A DNA stretch of 64,000 nucleotides from Nitrosopumilus sp. (GCA_965206745.1 OZ242220.1:1248001-1312000), one strand, 5' to 3'; positions 18,814 through 29,880 are shown, counted from the first letter of the stretch. Notes: generated by a model not told the origin, from the sequence alone. Made by a program: numbers and translations.

Positions 18814-20402
18814 TCTATTGTCACTGTAACATATTTGCTAATTGCCACATCAGATAGCTGTACACCAAATAAAATCTTGTAAGTTCCAGGTACGGCATCG
18901 TCAGAAACGAGAATGTTGGTGTGTATCGGCACAGGGGCAGAACCCAATTGGAACACATCAGAACTGTCGTGATCAAGATCTATTGTTATAAAGTCATCTG
19001 GAGAAGCCAAGATCAAATTAGCCTCCAAGTCATTTTCAGACAATGGGTACACAATAAAGTTAAAGTGTTGCAAACCTCCAGAAGTCAAAACGAGTTCATC
19101 AGATTCCAATTGGATTTCAACAGGCAGTGGAATCGAGGTATCAACTACGCCAATATTGTTTTCAACCCATTCAGTGAACCAGATTTTGTCGCCATGGATA
19201 TCAAAATCAAAGATTTGTGCAACACCACAGTCATCTAGGATTATGCCAGTTCCGGGATCACAGTCACCCCAGTAGGGATTCTTTGATGGAACATGGTACT
19301 CTACAAGAGATTGTAGTTTCGGATCCATCACAGAGATGTTATTTGCAGTCTGTTCGTTGAAGATAATCCTATTCTGGTCATCAGATTTCATCCAATAAGG
19401 TCTGGAAAGAGGGGTTTTGATGACCCCGGTTTGATTTCCATACGTATCGAGTATAGGATCAGCAGTCACATACTGAACGAACTTTTCAGTCACAGGATCA
19501 AAATTATAGAATGATGAGGTGGTAGTATCTGCCAGCCAAATGGTTCCATCAGATCCTACAACTGCACCGTTTGGCGTAAGAAATGTCACAGGTAAATCAT
19601 AGATGTCAATAAAGTCAAGCAGCGGGAGGATTTCTTCCTCAGAGGTGGCAATAGAGTCAAGATAGCTGTTTTGATCAAACTTTATCAAAACCCCACCCTC
19701 TTGGAATATCCAATTGGTATACCAGACATTATCATCGGCATCCACTGCAAAGTCTGCAGTTACAGAATTATTAACAGGGGACGGAATACTAAGATAGTTT
19801 GTTCCCTCAATAGACTGGGTTGGATCTAAAAAGGTGAGTTTGTTCCCAGTAAAATCATTTATTATTATTTGTGAACCATCAATGCGAAGTTTTTGAGGTA
19901 AAGAATCTTCTTCAGAAGGATAAGTGAGTCGCTCATACGTCTCATCAATAGTCGAGAACTTCCAGATTGAATCGTAAGATTCATCGGTATACCAAATAGC
20001 GCCATCAGGAGCATAATCAATTCCCCACATCATTGAACGACCGCCTTCAGGCCACTGCGGATTATCATATTCGGTAAATGTTTCTGTGTTAGGATCAAAT
20101 TTTGCTATGTTGCCGGTATTAGTTTGAGTGAACCATGCATTTCCATCATAGTCTGTTACAATTGCCAGAGGGTTTGTACATAGTGTTGGAATTGAGAATT
20201 CCCGAACGTATTCTGTAGACTTTGCATCACTTGAACCACAAAACCGGGCTCGCTGATCTACAGGAAAATTATCTGCAGGAGTCCCAGTAGCGTCAAGAGA
20301 GTCATCAACATTAGGATCAATTCCAGGCAAAACCAGCGTGATAGTCGATGAAAGTAAGATGAATCCAAAGAAGATAGTCACAAGAACGGCTTTTGTCTTC
20401 AT
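18810..20402 (-). CDS. exported Vgb (virginiamycin B lyase)-like beta-propeller protein
   Basis: signal/TM helix; repeated DG.AWFT / IWYTD / IWFTE blades; C-terminal Ig-like domain (A.PGTY). Confidence 0.8.
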   Translation of the reverse strand: MKTKAVLVTIFFGFILLSSTITLVLPGIDPNVDDSLDATGTPADNFPVDQRARFCGSSDAKSTEYVREFSIPTLCTNPLAIVTDYDGNAWFTQTNTGNIAKFDPNTETFTEYDNPQWPEGGRSMMWGIDYAPDGAIWYTDESYDSIWKFSTIDETYERLTYPSEEDSLPQKLRIDGSQIIINDFTGNKLTFLDPTQSIEGTNYLSIPSPVNNSVTADFAVDADDNVWYTNWIFQEGGVLIKFDQNSYLDSIATSEEEILPLLDFIDIYDLPVTFLTPNGAVVGSDGTIWLADTTTSSFYNFDPVTEKFVQYVTADPILDTYGNQTGVIKTPLSRPYWMKSDDQNRIIFNEQTANNISVMDPKLQSLVEYHVPSKNPYWGDCDPGTGIILDDCGVAQIFDFDIHGDKIWFTEWVENNIGVVDTSIPLPVEIQLESDELVLTSGGLQHFNFIVYPLSENDLEANLILASPDDFITIDLDHDSSDVFQLGSAPVPIHTNILVSDDAVPGTYKILFGVQLSDVAISKYVTVTIE

Positions 20403-20450
20403 ATTACAAAAAATAAAGAGCCTTGTTATATCTTATTCCAAAAAATAGCA

Positions 20451-20804
20451 TCATAGTAATTTTAGATCCCCAGTTATCCTATCAATCAGATTCTCAGGGG
20501 CAGGCCCTATAGAGATACACGTTATAGTTCCAGGGGCCAACTGAGTGTGACCAGCATCAGAGACTTCAGACCAGGGGAGATTCAGATCTATTGCGTGTCG
20601 TTTGACTTCCTGCAGTTCCTTTATTCCAGATACTTTGAGAACCACTTTCTCTTGACTGCCCCACCATGTTTCATACCACTCAGGATGAGATCTCCGGACA
20701 TGTTCGGCGCCAAGAACACAGGCGTGGCCTACTTGGGCAGCAATCTTTCCTTTGCCCATATCAAGATCGGTTCTGACGGCAATGACCTGTTTGATATCAC
20801 CCAT
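20451..20804 (-). CDS. pth2: peptidyl-tRNA hydrolase, Pth2 type
   Basis: KQVIAVRTDLDMGKGKIAAQVGHA, DAGHTQL, TCISIGP, ITGDLKLL; start set at Met9 of the track ORF. Confidence 0.95.
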   Translation of the reverse strand: MGDIKQVIAVRTDLDMGKGKIAAQVGHACVLGAEHVRRSHPEWYETWWGSQEKVVLKVSGIKELQEVKRHAIDLNLPWSEVSDAGHTQLAPGTITCISIGPAPENLIDRITGDLKLL

Positions 20805-20870
20805 AATATAATCAGATACAGGCTTCATGAAAAACTTTTGAATTAAATAATTGACAAATAACCGAAATCT

Positions 20871-22007
20871 GTGAGCTACGACGTAATAATTGCCGGAGGA
20901 AGTGTTGCAGGGTTGCTATGTGCCAGGGAGATTTCCTCAAAAGGTTTTTCAGTTTTAGTAATAGAGGAAGATTATGAAATAGGGACCCCAGAGCACTGCG
21001 GGGGTTTAGTAAGCATTTCAGGATTGGCAGAGCTGGGAGTAATACCATTTAGAAAGACCTTTGATCACATGATAGAGTCAGCTGAGATTTTATCACCCAA
21101 CGGAAGTAGTTTTACCATCAATTCAAAGAAACAAAAAGTCATAGAGATCAGCAGACGTGAGTTGGACAAGCAGATAGCCTTTCAAGCTCAAAAAAACGGG
21201 GCAGAGATTAGAGTCAGAACCAGCTTTCAGGAAATCACAGATACAGGCATAAGAACAAACGAGGAAAAGATAGATTGCAAAATCTTTGTGGATGCAAGAG
21301 GGGTCTCATCATTGATTCACAAAGACAGGACAGGAATTTTGTCATCAGCACAGTATGAAATCTATGCAGATTGGATAAAGAAAGGCAAAATAAAAGTAAT
21401 TTTTGATCAAGAGAAATATCCGGGATTCTTTGCATGGATCATCCCCTCTGGAGACGGCAAGGGAAAAGTGGGAGTAGCAGGCAAAGGAATCAACGCGTCT
21501 GCAGCAATAGAGAGGATGCTGCAGGACAAAAGAGACTATTCGACAGTTAGAAAAATCTTCGCCCCAATTTGGATAAAGGGACCAATTAAAAAATTCGTCG
21601 AAGGTAAGACGGTGATTATAGGTGATGCCGCAGGACAAGCAAAACCTACGACGGCAGGCGGCATCTTTACAAGTGGCATGGGCGGAGTGTATGCTGGACA
21701 GGCAATATCAGAATTTTTAAAAACCGGCAATCAGGAAGATCTTGGCCAGTATCAAAAAAGATGGTCAGACAGATTTGGGAAAGAGTTTGAAAAGCAGTTA
21801 CTAGCAAGAAAAATTTTAGAACGAATTGACAACAATACAATCAACGGATTATTTAAAATGGTCACGCCTGAAATTACTAGAGAGATTTCAGAGAAGGACG
21901 ATTTTGATTTTCATACCGGATCAATCATAAAATTGCTAGGGCTAAAAGGTTCGATTAAAACGGCTCAAACCCTAATCGGCGGAGAAATCAAAAAATTACT
22001 CGGTTAA
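20871..22007 (+). CDS. geranylgeranyl reductase family FAD oxidoreductase
   Basis: DVIIAGGSVAG, P.HCGG, FAWIIP, GDAAGQAKPTTAGGI. Confidence 0.88.
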   Translation: MSYDVIIAGGSVAGLLCAREISSKGFSVLVIEEDYEIGTPEHCGGLVSISGLAELGVIPFRKTFDHMIESAEILSPNGSSFTINSKKQKVIEISRRELDKQIAFQAQKNGAEIRVRTSFQEITDTGIRTNEEKIDCKIFVDARGVSSLIHKDRTGILSSAQYEIYADWIKKGKIKVIFDQEKYPGFFAWIIPSGDGKGKVGVAGKGINASAAIERMLQDKRDYSTVRKIFAPIWIKGPIKKFVEGKTVIIGDAAGQAKPTTAGGIFTSGMGGVYAGQAISEFLKTGNQEDLGQYQKRWSDRFGKEFEKQLLARKILERIDNNTINGLFKMVTPEITREISEKDDFDFHTGSIIKLLGLKGSIKTAQTLIGGEIKKLLG

Positions 22008-22060
22008 GGCACGTGTAACTTTCAAGGAAGATATAAATGATGTTTGCAGAAAATCGTGAC

Positions 22061-22240
22061 ATGTCATCTAATATTTCACTACCAACATGCAGTTGTTGCA
22101 ACAGACCAATTATGCCTAATGATAAATGTGTAAAATTTGATTGCCCTAATTGTGGCGGAGATTTAATTTGGAGATGCCAAAGTTGCAGAGAAGCAGCAAG
22201 AAGTTACACCTGTTCTGCATGCAACTTTCAGGGGCCTTAA
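22061..22240 (+). CDS. zinc-finger protein (DUF1610/HVO_2753-like)
   Basis: four CxxC motifs, F.CPNCG, CNFQGP end; conserved position upstream of aEF-1beta. Confidence 0.88.
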   Translation: MSSNISLPTCSCCNRPIMPNDKCVKFDCPNCGGDLIWRCQSCREAARSYTCSACNFQGP

Positions 22241-22243
22241 AAG

Positions 22244-22525
22244 ATGACTCAACTGCTATTTGTCACAAAAATTCTTCCTAAAGGAATGGAAGTGGATTTG
22301 GATAAATTAGTCGAGGCCATTAAAACTTCATTGCCAGAAGGAATGTCAATGAAAAGGCATGCAAAGGAACCACTGGCATTCGGTTTAGAATGCATCAAGG
22401 CAGAGTTTGTTTTAGAGGATAAAGAAGGCCAAAGCGATGCTTTGGAGAACGCAGTAAGAGCAACTGACGGCGTAAGTGAGTTTGAAGTTCTCAACATGAG
22501 CAGAATGTCAGTTGACATGAAATAG
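22244..22525 (+). CDS. ef1b: translation elongation factor aEF-1beta
   Basis: KILP...EVDL, EPLAFGL. Confidence 0.9.
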   Translation: MTQLLFVTKILPKGMEVDLDKLVEAIKTSLPEGMSMKRHAKEPLAFGLECIKAEFVLEDKEGQSDALENAVRATDGVSEFEVLNMSRMSVDMK

Positions 22526-22533
22526 GTGGTTTT

Positions 22534-24702
22534 TTGACACGCAAAGAAGAGCCTTTGCAAATGAGGATAGGGGAAGCAAAGCAACGAGATGTGGGAAAGA
22601 AACGTGCCCGAATTGGTCCAGAAGCCATGGACTTTCTAAAAGTCACGCCAGGCGACATTATTGAGGTGATGGGTTCAAGATCCAGTTGTGCAGTTGTGTG
22701 GCCAGTTGACGAGGATGAAAAATTGCCAGACATCATTCGGGTGGATGGACAAACAAGGAAGAATGTGGGCGCTTCGCTAAATGACTTTGTAAAAATTCGC
22801 AAAGTGACATCAAAGTTTGCAAAATCAGTTTCACTAACACCGGTAAATGACTCAGTCACGGTGGATAAAGAGTTCACAGATTTTGTCAAAAATAGGCTCA
22901 AAGGATTGCCAATCACGCATGGTGATGAAATTTCAGTTATGATTTTAGGGAATTCCATGGACTTTAAAATTACAAAAACATCTCCAAAAGGGGTAGTCAA
23001 GATTGACCGTACAACAAACCTGAGTATTTCTACAGAGACGTCAGTTGACAGGAAAGTCAGGGTGACATACGAGGAGGTCGGAGGTCTGAGACGGGAAGTC
23101 AAAGCCATGAGAGAGATAGTAGAGCTTCCATTAAAACATCCAGAGTTATTTGTGAGACTGGGAATTGAGCCACACAGCGGAATTCTACTGTACGGACCTC
23201 CAGGCTGCGGAAAGACACTGCTTGCAAAAGTCATGGCAAGCGAATCAGAGGCCAACATGTTTCCAATTAACGGTCCAGAAATAATGAACAAGTATTATGG
23301 AGAGACAGAGGCCAAGCTAAGAGACATTTTCAAAGAGGCAAAAGACAACTCCCCAAGCATAATATTCATCGATGAGATCGATGCCATTGCGCCAAAAAGA
23401 GAAGAAGCGTACGGCGATGTGGAAAAGAGAGTTGTCGCCCAACTGTTGGCACTAATGGATGGCCTAAATGACAGAGGCAATGTGATCGTTCTTGGCGCCA
23501 CAAATAGACCAGACAGCGTTGATCCAGCACTAAGAAGACCAGGCAGATTTGATAGGGAGTTTGAGATTTCAGTTCCCAACGAGGATGAAAGGCTAGAGAT
23601 TCTTGAAATTCACACCAGGGGAATGCCGCTTAGTGATGACATTGATTTGAAGGATTTGTCATCAGAGTTACACGGGTACACAGGTGCAGATATCAAATCA
23701 CTCTGCAGGGAGGCGGCACTAAAATCAATTAGGAGGTACCTTCCAGAGATTGATCTTGAGACAGAGAAGATTCCTTCAGAAGTATTGCAGTCAATGAAGA
23801 TTAAACTCATTGACTTTTACGATGCAATGCACGAAGTTGTCCCCACAGCGATGAGGGAGTTCTATGTGGAAAGGCCAAAAGTATGGTGGCAGGATGTTGG
23901 GGGATTAGACGAGATTAAGAAGTCGCTTTCAGATAATCTCGTAATGGCAATGAAGGAGCCAAGCAAGTTTACAAAGATGGGAATAAGGCCTCCAAAGGGA
24001 GCTCTGATTTATGGGCCGCCAGGCTGCGGGAAGACCCTGCTTGCACGTGCACTGGCTACCGAAACTGGTGCAAACATGATTTTGGTCAGAGGACCCGAGA
24101 TACTTTCCAAATGGCTAGGCGAATCAGAAAAGGCAGTAAGAGAGATTTTTAGAAAAGCAAAAGCATCATCACCATGCGTGGTAATTTTTGACGAGTTGGA
24201 CTCTATTGCACGTTACAAATCAGGGGAAGGCGGATCAAGTGAAACAATTCTCAGTCAACTGCTCACGGAAATAGAGGAAGGGATTTCATCAAGAGTCGTA
24301 GTCATCGGAATAACAAATCGTCCAGACGTCTTAGACAATTCGTTGCTTAGGACAGGACGGTTGGATTTGGTACTATATGTGACCCCACCAGATGAGAAAG
24401 GCAGGTTGGAAATAATCAAAATCCTGACAAGAAAGATGCCACTAGCTGGCGATGTGAAATTGCAAGAAATTGCAGTGGCCACCCAGAACTATTCAGGGGC
24501 AGATTTGGCAGCATTGTGCAGAGAAGCGGCAGTTGAGGCAATGAGAAGCAACTCGGCAAAGATTTCAAGCCACGACTTTGCAAATAGCTTAAAACAGGTA
24601 AGGCCATCAATTACAAAAGAGGTCGACCAATGGTACAATACAGTAAAGGAAAGTATATCTAACGTGGTGCCAAAGTCAGGAGATAAATCATTCTACGGAT
24701 AA
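22534..24702 (+). CDS. cdc48: CDC48/p97 family AAA ATPase
   Basis: N-domain plus two AAA modules (GPPGCGKT x2, FIDEID/FDELD, RRPGRFD). Confidence 0.97.
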   Translation: MTRKEEPLQMRIGEAKQRDVGKKRARIGPEAMDFLKVTPGDIIEVMGSRSSCAVVWPVDEDEKLPDIIRVDGQTRKNVGASLNDFVKIRKVTSKFAKSVSLTPVNDSVTVDKEFTDFVKNRLKGLPITHGDEISVMILGNSMDFKITKTSPKGVVKIDRTTNLSISTETSVDRKVRVTYEEVGGLRREVKAMREIVELPLKHPELFVRLGIEPHSGILLYGPPGCGKTLLAKVMASESEANMFPINGPEIMNKYYGETEAKLRDIFKEAKDNSPSIIFIDEIDAIAPKREEAYGDVEKRVVAQLLALMDGLNDRGNVIVLGATNRPDSVDPALRRPGRFDREFEISVPNEDERLEILEIHTRGMPLSDDIDLKDLSSELHGYTGADIKSLCREAALKSIRRYLPEIDLETEKIPSEVLQSMKIKLIDFYDAMHEVVPTAMREFYVERPKVWWQDVGGLDEIKKSLSDNLVMAMKEPSKFTKMGIRPPKGALIYGPPGCGKTLLARALATETGANMILVRGPEILSKWLGESEKAVREIFRKAKASSPCVVIFDELDSIARYKSGEGGSSETILSQLLTEIEEGISSRVVVIGITNRPDVLDNSLLRTGRLDLVLYVTPPDEKGRLEIIKILTRKMPLAGDVKLQEIAVATQNYSGADLAALCREAAVEAMRSNSAKISSHDFANSLKQVRPSITKEVDQWYNTVKESISNVVPKSGDKSFYG

Positions 24703-24705
24703 AAA

Positions 24706-25002
24706 ATGGCAATACCAATAAGAAATACAGTATTTGACAAGATAAAAGATGCAAATCGCCTAACGGATGTTGAACTTTTCAAAAGCCTAGTAAAAGACGG
24801 ACATGTGATTGCAGATGACAGATTTAACAAGATTCTTCTGGATTTAGAAATTCTCGGGTTAATCACGGTATCATGGATTACCAAAGATGAGCGCAGAATA
24901 GAAGTCATTGTTGTTGAAAAAAAAGTGGACGCAGTTAAGGAACAGGTAAAGGAAACTATGGAAAGCGACTATGAGGCCAGCTTCCCAGGCGTAGATAAAT
25001 AA
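24706..25002 (+). CDS. hypothetical winged-helix protein
   Basis: FNKILLDLEILGLITVSW; 3 bp after cdc48. Confidence 0.7.
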   Translation: MAIPIRNTVFDKIKDANRLTDVELFKSLVKDGHVIADDRFNKILLDLEILGLITVSWITKDERRIEVIVVEKKVDAVKEQVKETMESDYEASFPGVDK

Positions 25003-25005
25003 TTT

Positions 25006-25893
25006 TTAGAACAAGGGGAAATGAAATGCCGCATCCAGTGCAACTGCTACGAAAATTATCGTAAGATAAGGGGCAGTTACTTTGTACGCCTTCCAGGCAA
25101 ATTCAGATGTAGGAGTCTGTGTCAATTTGTAATGATATACAAGCATCAACACTCCAGAAGCAATTGCAATAACAGTATAGACAATTCCCAAACCGTTTGG
25201 AATAAATGAAAGTATCAAAGAGTACGGAACTAAGATCAACGTGTTGCCCAAGATGAATTTTGATGTTTTTTGCATTCCAATTACCACAGGCAGCATCGGA
25301 ACTTCTGCTTGCGCATATTCGTCTTTGATCTTCATTGCAAGACACCAAAAATGAGAAGGGGTCCAAACAAAGACAAGAAAGCCAACCAAAAATCCCAACA
25401 AATCCATACTGCCAGTTACTGCTGCCCATCCGGCCCAAGCTGCGGCACTTCCTGCAATGCCACCAATTACAATATTTGACGTGTTTCTTCGTTTTAGCCA
25501 AACAGTATAAATGACAACATATGAAAAAATCCCAACTGCAATGAAAAATGCAGATGCGGCATTGAGTGCAAAGTAACCATAAATTACAGATATACAGCTT
25601 ACAACCAAACCATAAATCAGAACATTGGATGCTGCCATTCGTCCGGATGGGATGGGTCTTGCACTAGTCCTAGACATTTTAGGATCAATGTCCCTGTCAT
25701 AATAGTGATTTAGTGCACTTGACCCAGCAGATGCCAGGGCACCTGCAACAATAATATGCAAATATGACCAATAATCCAGATCAGGGACTCCCGGAACTAG
25801 CTTGCTTGCAGCATACATGGATGTGACTGCGGTGATTACTAAAAGGACGACAATTCTAGGTTTGGATATCTCCAGTATTTCATTAAATCCCAA
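25006..25893 (-). CDS. cyoE: protoheme IX farnesyltransferase (heme o synthase)
   Basis: KPRIV, NHYYDRDID..M.RT..RPIPSG, LKRR, WTPSHFW. Confidence 0.95.
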   Translation of the reverse strand: MGFNEILEISKPRIVVLLVITAVTSMYAASKLVPGVPDLDYWSYLHIIVAGALASAGSSALNHYYDRDIDPKMSRTSARPIPSGRMAASNVLIYGLVVSCISVIYGYFALNAASAFFIAVGIFSYVVIYTVWLKRRNTSNIVIGGIAGSAAAWAGWAAVTGSMDLLGFLVGFLVFVWTPSHFWCLAMKIKDEYAQAEVPMLPVVIGMQKTSKFILGNTLILVPYSLILSFIPNGLGIVYTVIAIASGVLMLVYHYKLTQTPTSEFAWKAYKVTAPYLTIIFVAVALDAAFHFPLF

Positions 25894-25988
25894 TTCACTC
25901 TATCCTATGCCAAAGCCATTTAATTTCTTCGTCTAGATCCCCAATATTTCGCAAGGAATAAGTATCTCAATCCTATCAGCTAACTTAA

Positions 25989-27089
25989 ATGAGTAATTGG
26001 GACCTCATGATGCCAGGAATGGGACTTACAGCTATAGGAATAGCTGGTCTTGTGTTATCGTACGCAGAGATCGCCCATACATTCATCGATGGCATGCATG
26101 CACTAACAGGCCTGACCATGTTTATCGGACTGATCTTCCTTGCAGCAGGCATCTTAGATGGAGGGATCTCAACTAGCAACAGAGCCAAAGCAACGACTTT
26201 GGTGATTTTGTCAATAGCGTTAGGATTTGGAATGTATGCTATGACCATGAACACATCAAACTATACTGTTACAATAGCAGGGATTTTAATGGCAATTGCG
26301 TTCCCTGCAATCATCATTGCGTATCTGGCAATGAAGCACCCCACGGTGGTAAAACCCATAGGAGCAATTGTGTCAATTGCATCAGCAATGGGAATCGTCA
26401 TGTGGATATCATTTGGAATTTTCGCAGCCCCTGACGCATACATGATTCCCCAACAAGCACAAATCGAAGAGCCCGTAGAGGATCTTACGCCAGCAGCAAG
26501 AATATTTGCAGTTGAGATTCTTGCAGATTCAGTTCAAGAAGGGAATCCAGATTATTCCCCAGATGTGGCCGTTGTCACCCAGGGAGACGTTGTTAGATGG
26601 ACCAATGCAGATGCCATAGTACACACAGTGACAAGTACAGAGGACTTTGGTGAAACATTTGATTCAGGTTTGATTGACAAAGGTGAAACATTTTCACTAG
26701 ATACAAGTAACTTGGAGCCGGGGGAATACGAATACCTGTGCAGCGTACATGCTTGGATGAATGCATCTCTAGTGATTGAAGCCGCACCAGAACCAATCAA
26801 AGTGTCGATTCCGCAAGGAGCAGGCTTCGTGGGATGTGAGGAGGCTGATGAATGCTATTTGCCTTTTGAAATTACTGTGAATGCAGGTGATACGGTATCA
26901 TGGAGCAATGATGATACGGTAGCACATACTGTAACAAGCGGAATTGTCACGGAAGGAGCAGATGAGAAATTTGATTCAGGCCTATTTAACGTGGATGCTG
27001 CCTTTGAAGTCACATTTAATGATTCAGGAACATTTGATTATTTCTGTCAATATCATCCATGGATGACAGGCATTGTCAATGTAGAGTAG
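25989..27089 (+). CDS. membrane protein with two C-terminal cupredoxin (type 1 Cu) domains
   Basis: N-terminal TM bundle; HTVTS...Y.CSVHAWM and HTVTS...YFCQYHPWM. Confidence 0.9.
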   Translation: MSNWDLMMPGMGLTAIGIAGLVLSYAEIAHTFIDGMHALTGLTMFIGLIFLAAGILDGGISTSNRAKATTLVILSIALGFGMYAMTMNTSNYTVTIAGILMAIAFPAIIIAYLAMKHPTVVKPIGAIVSIASAMGIVMWISFGIFAAPDAYMIPQQAQIEEPVEDLTPAARIFAVEILADSVQEGNPDYSPDVAVVTQGDVVRWTNADAIVHTVTSTEDFGETFDSGLIDKGETFSLDTSNLEPGEYEYLCSVHAWMNASLVIEAAPEPIKVSIPQGAGFVGCEEADECYLPFEITVNAGDTVSWSNDDTVAHTVTSGIVTEGADEKFDSGLFNVDAAFEVTFNDSGTFDYFCQYHPWMTGIVNVE

Positions 27090-27091
27090 AT

Positions 27092-27484
27092 TTGCAGAAA
27101 ATCAAACTGTCACAGTCAGATAAGAAGATTTTGTCAGAGTACTCAGAGAATCAGAAACCCAATGAATCATGCGCCATACTATTTGGCAAAGATGACCAGG
27201 TGTTGGAATTATTTTTAACAGAGAATATCGAAAGATCTCCAGTAAACTTTACAATTTCAAATGAGCAGTTAATCGAGTGCTACAATATTGCCAAAGAGAG
27301 GAAGATGGACGTGGTTGGGATATTTCACTCACATCCTGATTCAGACGCATATCCATCAAATACAGACAAGGAATTCATGCAAAGTAATCCAGTGGCATGG
27401 GTGATTTATTCTGGAATCAATAAAAATTTCAGAGCATATTTTCTTGAATCAGAGATAATAGAGATTCCAATAGAGGAGATTTGA
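27092..27484 (+). CDS. Mov34/MPN/JAMM metallopeptidase (M67)
   Basis: PNESCAIL, GIFHSHP...PS.TD JAMM motif; TTG start at 27092 preferred. Confidence 0.92.
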   Translation: MQKIKLSQSDKKILSEYSENQKPNESCAILFGKDDQVLELFLTENIERSPVNFTISNEQLIECYNIAKERKMDVVGIFHSHPDSDAYPSNTDKEFMQSNPVAWVIYSGINKNFRAYFLESEIIEIPIEEI

Positions 27485-27790
27485 GAGGATGGATTTCAGA
27501 AAAGCAAACTAGACAAGGAAATACAAAAACACCAGATTAAACTAGAAACACCAAAAGCATCGGGACCAGAGGTACTTTGGAAAGATCAAATCAGAGTATC
27601 TTGTATCAAAAATCAGTATGCTCAATTATAGAACTGCTAATTTCCTCACCGAACATCGTAATCTGATATTCATGTATTGCAATGTTGCCTAGTCTTTGTC
27701 ATGATATCTCCCAACAGGCTCAAAAAGGGTATGGATCCAATCGTTCTCATTCCAGAGTACTCCGTACCAACCTTTAGAGGATCTAGACTA

Positions 27791-27834
27791 ACAAGCAAAA
27801 GTTCATCGGAGTAGATCTAGTTGTTTGCCTTAAG
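27791..27834. repeat. 44-bp dispersed repeat, copy 2
   Basis: ACAAGCAAAAGTTCATCGGAGTAGATCTAGTTGTTTGCCTTAAG; 42/44 identical to 1956-1999. Confidence 0.9.
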
Positions 27835-28190
27835 CAAATACAATAAAGACAGGGACGAATTTTTTCTTGCCAGTCTAATTTCTTCATGATCAGGCATTGT
27901 CTTGCCCTATTCCATACATGTCGTTTTTTCAGCTTGTGTTTCATATAGCAAACAGATTTCAGGGCAAGATAATCATTGCATCATTCTGCAATAGATGCCT
28001 TGACATCCAACATGCAGAATTATTGAAAACCATGATCAAAAGGCATTCATACAGATTCAGTGCAAAAATAATTTGATTATTTTTAAACAATCAGCACAAA
28101 TAATTCAAAATGCAGGGCGGATTTTTAACATAAAACATAAGGATACAAATACAACAAGTCATCAAAATGATCAAATGGAAGGATGTGCAA

Positions 28191-28490
28191 ATGAAAGACT
28201 ATGAGCACGTCGTAATCTGGCTGGATTATTTCAACAAGAATTTAAAAAAATCCCAAGGCAGAAGAATGAGATTGGAGAAATGTGTTTTTGATCCTTCACT
28301 AAAAGAATTAACAGATGCGACAAAGGCTGGAGGATTTGAGATTACAGAGTCAGATGACAAAGTACGGTTCCCTAGAAAACCGTTTGTGAGGTCAGGGTAT
28401 ATAGTTGTGCCAAAAGGATCCTCCAAGACAAAAATTCTTAACAAGATTTCAGAGAAATTGGTGGCAAAAAGATCCAAACAGCCAAAGTAA
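28191..28490 (+). CDS. srp19: signal recognition particle 19 kDa subunit
   Basis: VIWLDYFN......GRR, P.LKEL, G.IVV.K..K..IL..I. Confidence 0.88.
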   Translation: MKDYEHVVIWLDYFNKNLKKSQGRRMRLEKCVFDPSLKELTDATKAGGFEITESDDKVRFPRKPFVRSGYIVVPKGSSKTKILNKISEKLVAKRSKQPK

Positions 28491-28564
28491 AATGAAATCT
28501 AGCTCTTAGCTAAAGTAAAGTTGACAGAAGTCTATGATAAGAATACGATAATTAGTATCTCTAA

Positions 28565-28834
28565 TTGCAGGAGGTAGGCGAAATAATGCACCTAGCCGGT
28601 AGTGGCAGGGTAATCATTCAACTATCAACAGAATTAGTTGAAGGACAGATACTCTGTGACAAAACGGGAACTAGGGTTGCAAAAGTAAACGAACTAATAG
28701 GTCCAGTAAATAGACCGTTTGCATCAGCAACGCCGCTAACTAATAACATAAAAAAATACATCGGCAAACAAGTTTTCACAGATCAAGAATCTCCTGCAAG
28801 CAAACCAAAAAAATTTAGGAGAAAAAAAGAATGA
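28565..28834 (+). CDS. gar1: H/ACA RNP protein Gar1/Naf1
   Basis: VGEIMH, VAKVNELIGPVNRPFA; conserved position before tfb. Confidence 0.88.
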   Translation: MQEVGEIMHLAGSGRVIIQLSTELVEGQILCDKTGTRVAKVNELIGPVNRPFASATPLTNNIKKYIGKQVFTDQESPASKPKKFRRKKE

Positions 28835-29784
28835 ACATACTAGAAAAACAAAACTGTCCAGAATGCAAGTCTACACTAGTAGACGACATGCAGAATGGCG
28901 AAATAATCTGTTCTGGTTGCGGCGTTGTAGTCGACGATCAGATTGCAGATTTTGGTCCAGAAACAATAAGCTCCAACTTCGAAGACAAGATGAAGCTAGC
29001 AAGAGCAACAGGACAAACAACCTATTCCCAACATGATTTGGGAATAACTACTGAGATTTCAATCAGTGCAAAAGACTTTAGCGGAAAGACAATCAACCAC
29101 GAAGTCGCAAATCAAATGCACAATCTCAGAAAGTGGCAGCAAAGAGTACGGGTTTCCTCACCAAGAGAGAGAAGACTAGCAAATGTTTTAGCAAGAATGG
29201 GTGAAACATGTGACAGTCTAAATCTCTCAAGAAATGTTTTGGAAACTGCATCTATGATATACCGAAACTTGGATGGACATATCGATGTAAAGGGAAAATC
29301 AGTAGTGAGCATTACAGCGGCTACAATTTACATGGCATGCAAACAATGTGAGGTAGTAAGATCATTAGACGAGATTTGCCGAGGAATTTGTCCAGCAAAA
29401 GATGTCAAATCAAAAACAAAACTTGCAGCTAGATACTATCGAACCATGGTGATGGAAATGGGGCAAGTACACGCCCCGATTGTAACCATGGACAAATACA
29501 TCTCAAAGATAGCAAACATGACGCAGACTGAGGTAAGAGTTGAAAGACTAGCCTTGGAAATTGCAGAAAAAACCAAAGACAACAGCATTGCTGACGGAAA
29601 GGCCCCAAATGGCATAGCCGCAGCATATCTGTATGTAGCATCAGTCCTACTTGGTCAAAACGTCCTACAAAGAGACGTTTCAAGTGTTGCAGGAGTTACA
29701 GAGGTCACTATCAGAAACAGATGTAAAGAGATTCTAACATGCTACAAGCTCAAAATCACTTTGAGGCCATCTCTGACCAAATAA
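28831..29784 (+). CDS. tfb: transcription initiation factor B
   Basis: CPEC...GEIICSGCG Zn ribbon, LRKWQQR, two cyclin folds, GVTEVTIRNR. Confidence 0.96.
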   Translation: MNILEKQNCPECKSTLVDDMQNGEIICSGCGVVVDDQIADFGPETISSNFEDKMKLARATGQTTYSQHDLGITTEISISAKDFSGKTINHEVANQMHNLRKWQQRVRVSSPRERRLANVLARMGETCDSLNLSRNVLETASMIYRNLDGHIDVKGKSVVSITAATIYMACKQCEVVRSLDEICRGICPAKDVKSKTKLAARYYRTMVMEMGQVHAPIVTMDKYISKIANMTQTEVRVERLALEIAEKTKDNSIADGKAPNGIAAAYLYVASVLLGQNVLQRDVSSVAGVTEVTIRNRCKEILTCYKLKITLRPSLTK

Positions 29785-29825
29785 CTAAATCCCCCCCTTT
29801 TTCATTTTATTATCTGCCATTACGG

Positions 29826-29839
29826 TTAGGATTAGCTAA
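29826..29839 (+). promoter_or_regulatory. putative DtxR/MntR-like operator upstream of sufC
   Basis: TTAGGATTAGCTAA (TTAG-N6-CTAA palindrome), about 12 bp upstream of TTATATA. Confidence 0.5.
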
Positions 29840-29880
29840 ATTTCGTCGGTATTATATAGAGAATCAAAATAAACCGAGAT

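Noticed and set aside
22491-24610. Long antisense ORFs opposite cdc48 (and similar ones opposite other core genes)
   Set aside because: Codon-bias shadows of conserved genes with no protein motifs.
1956-27834. The two 44-bp repeats as attL/attR of a 26-kb integrated element
   Set aside because: The enclosed DNA contains housekeeping genes (pfdB, truD, pth2, ef1b, cdc48, cyoE), and no integrase or tRNA target is present.
28499-28513. CTAGCTCTTAGCTAA upstream of gar1-tfb as another DtxR-like box
   Set aside because: The spacer is 7 rather than 6 nt and the genes have no iron link; left unassigned.
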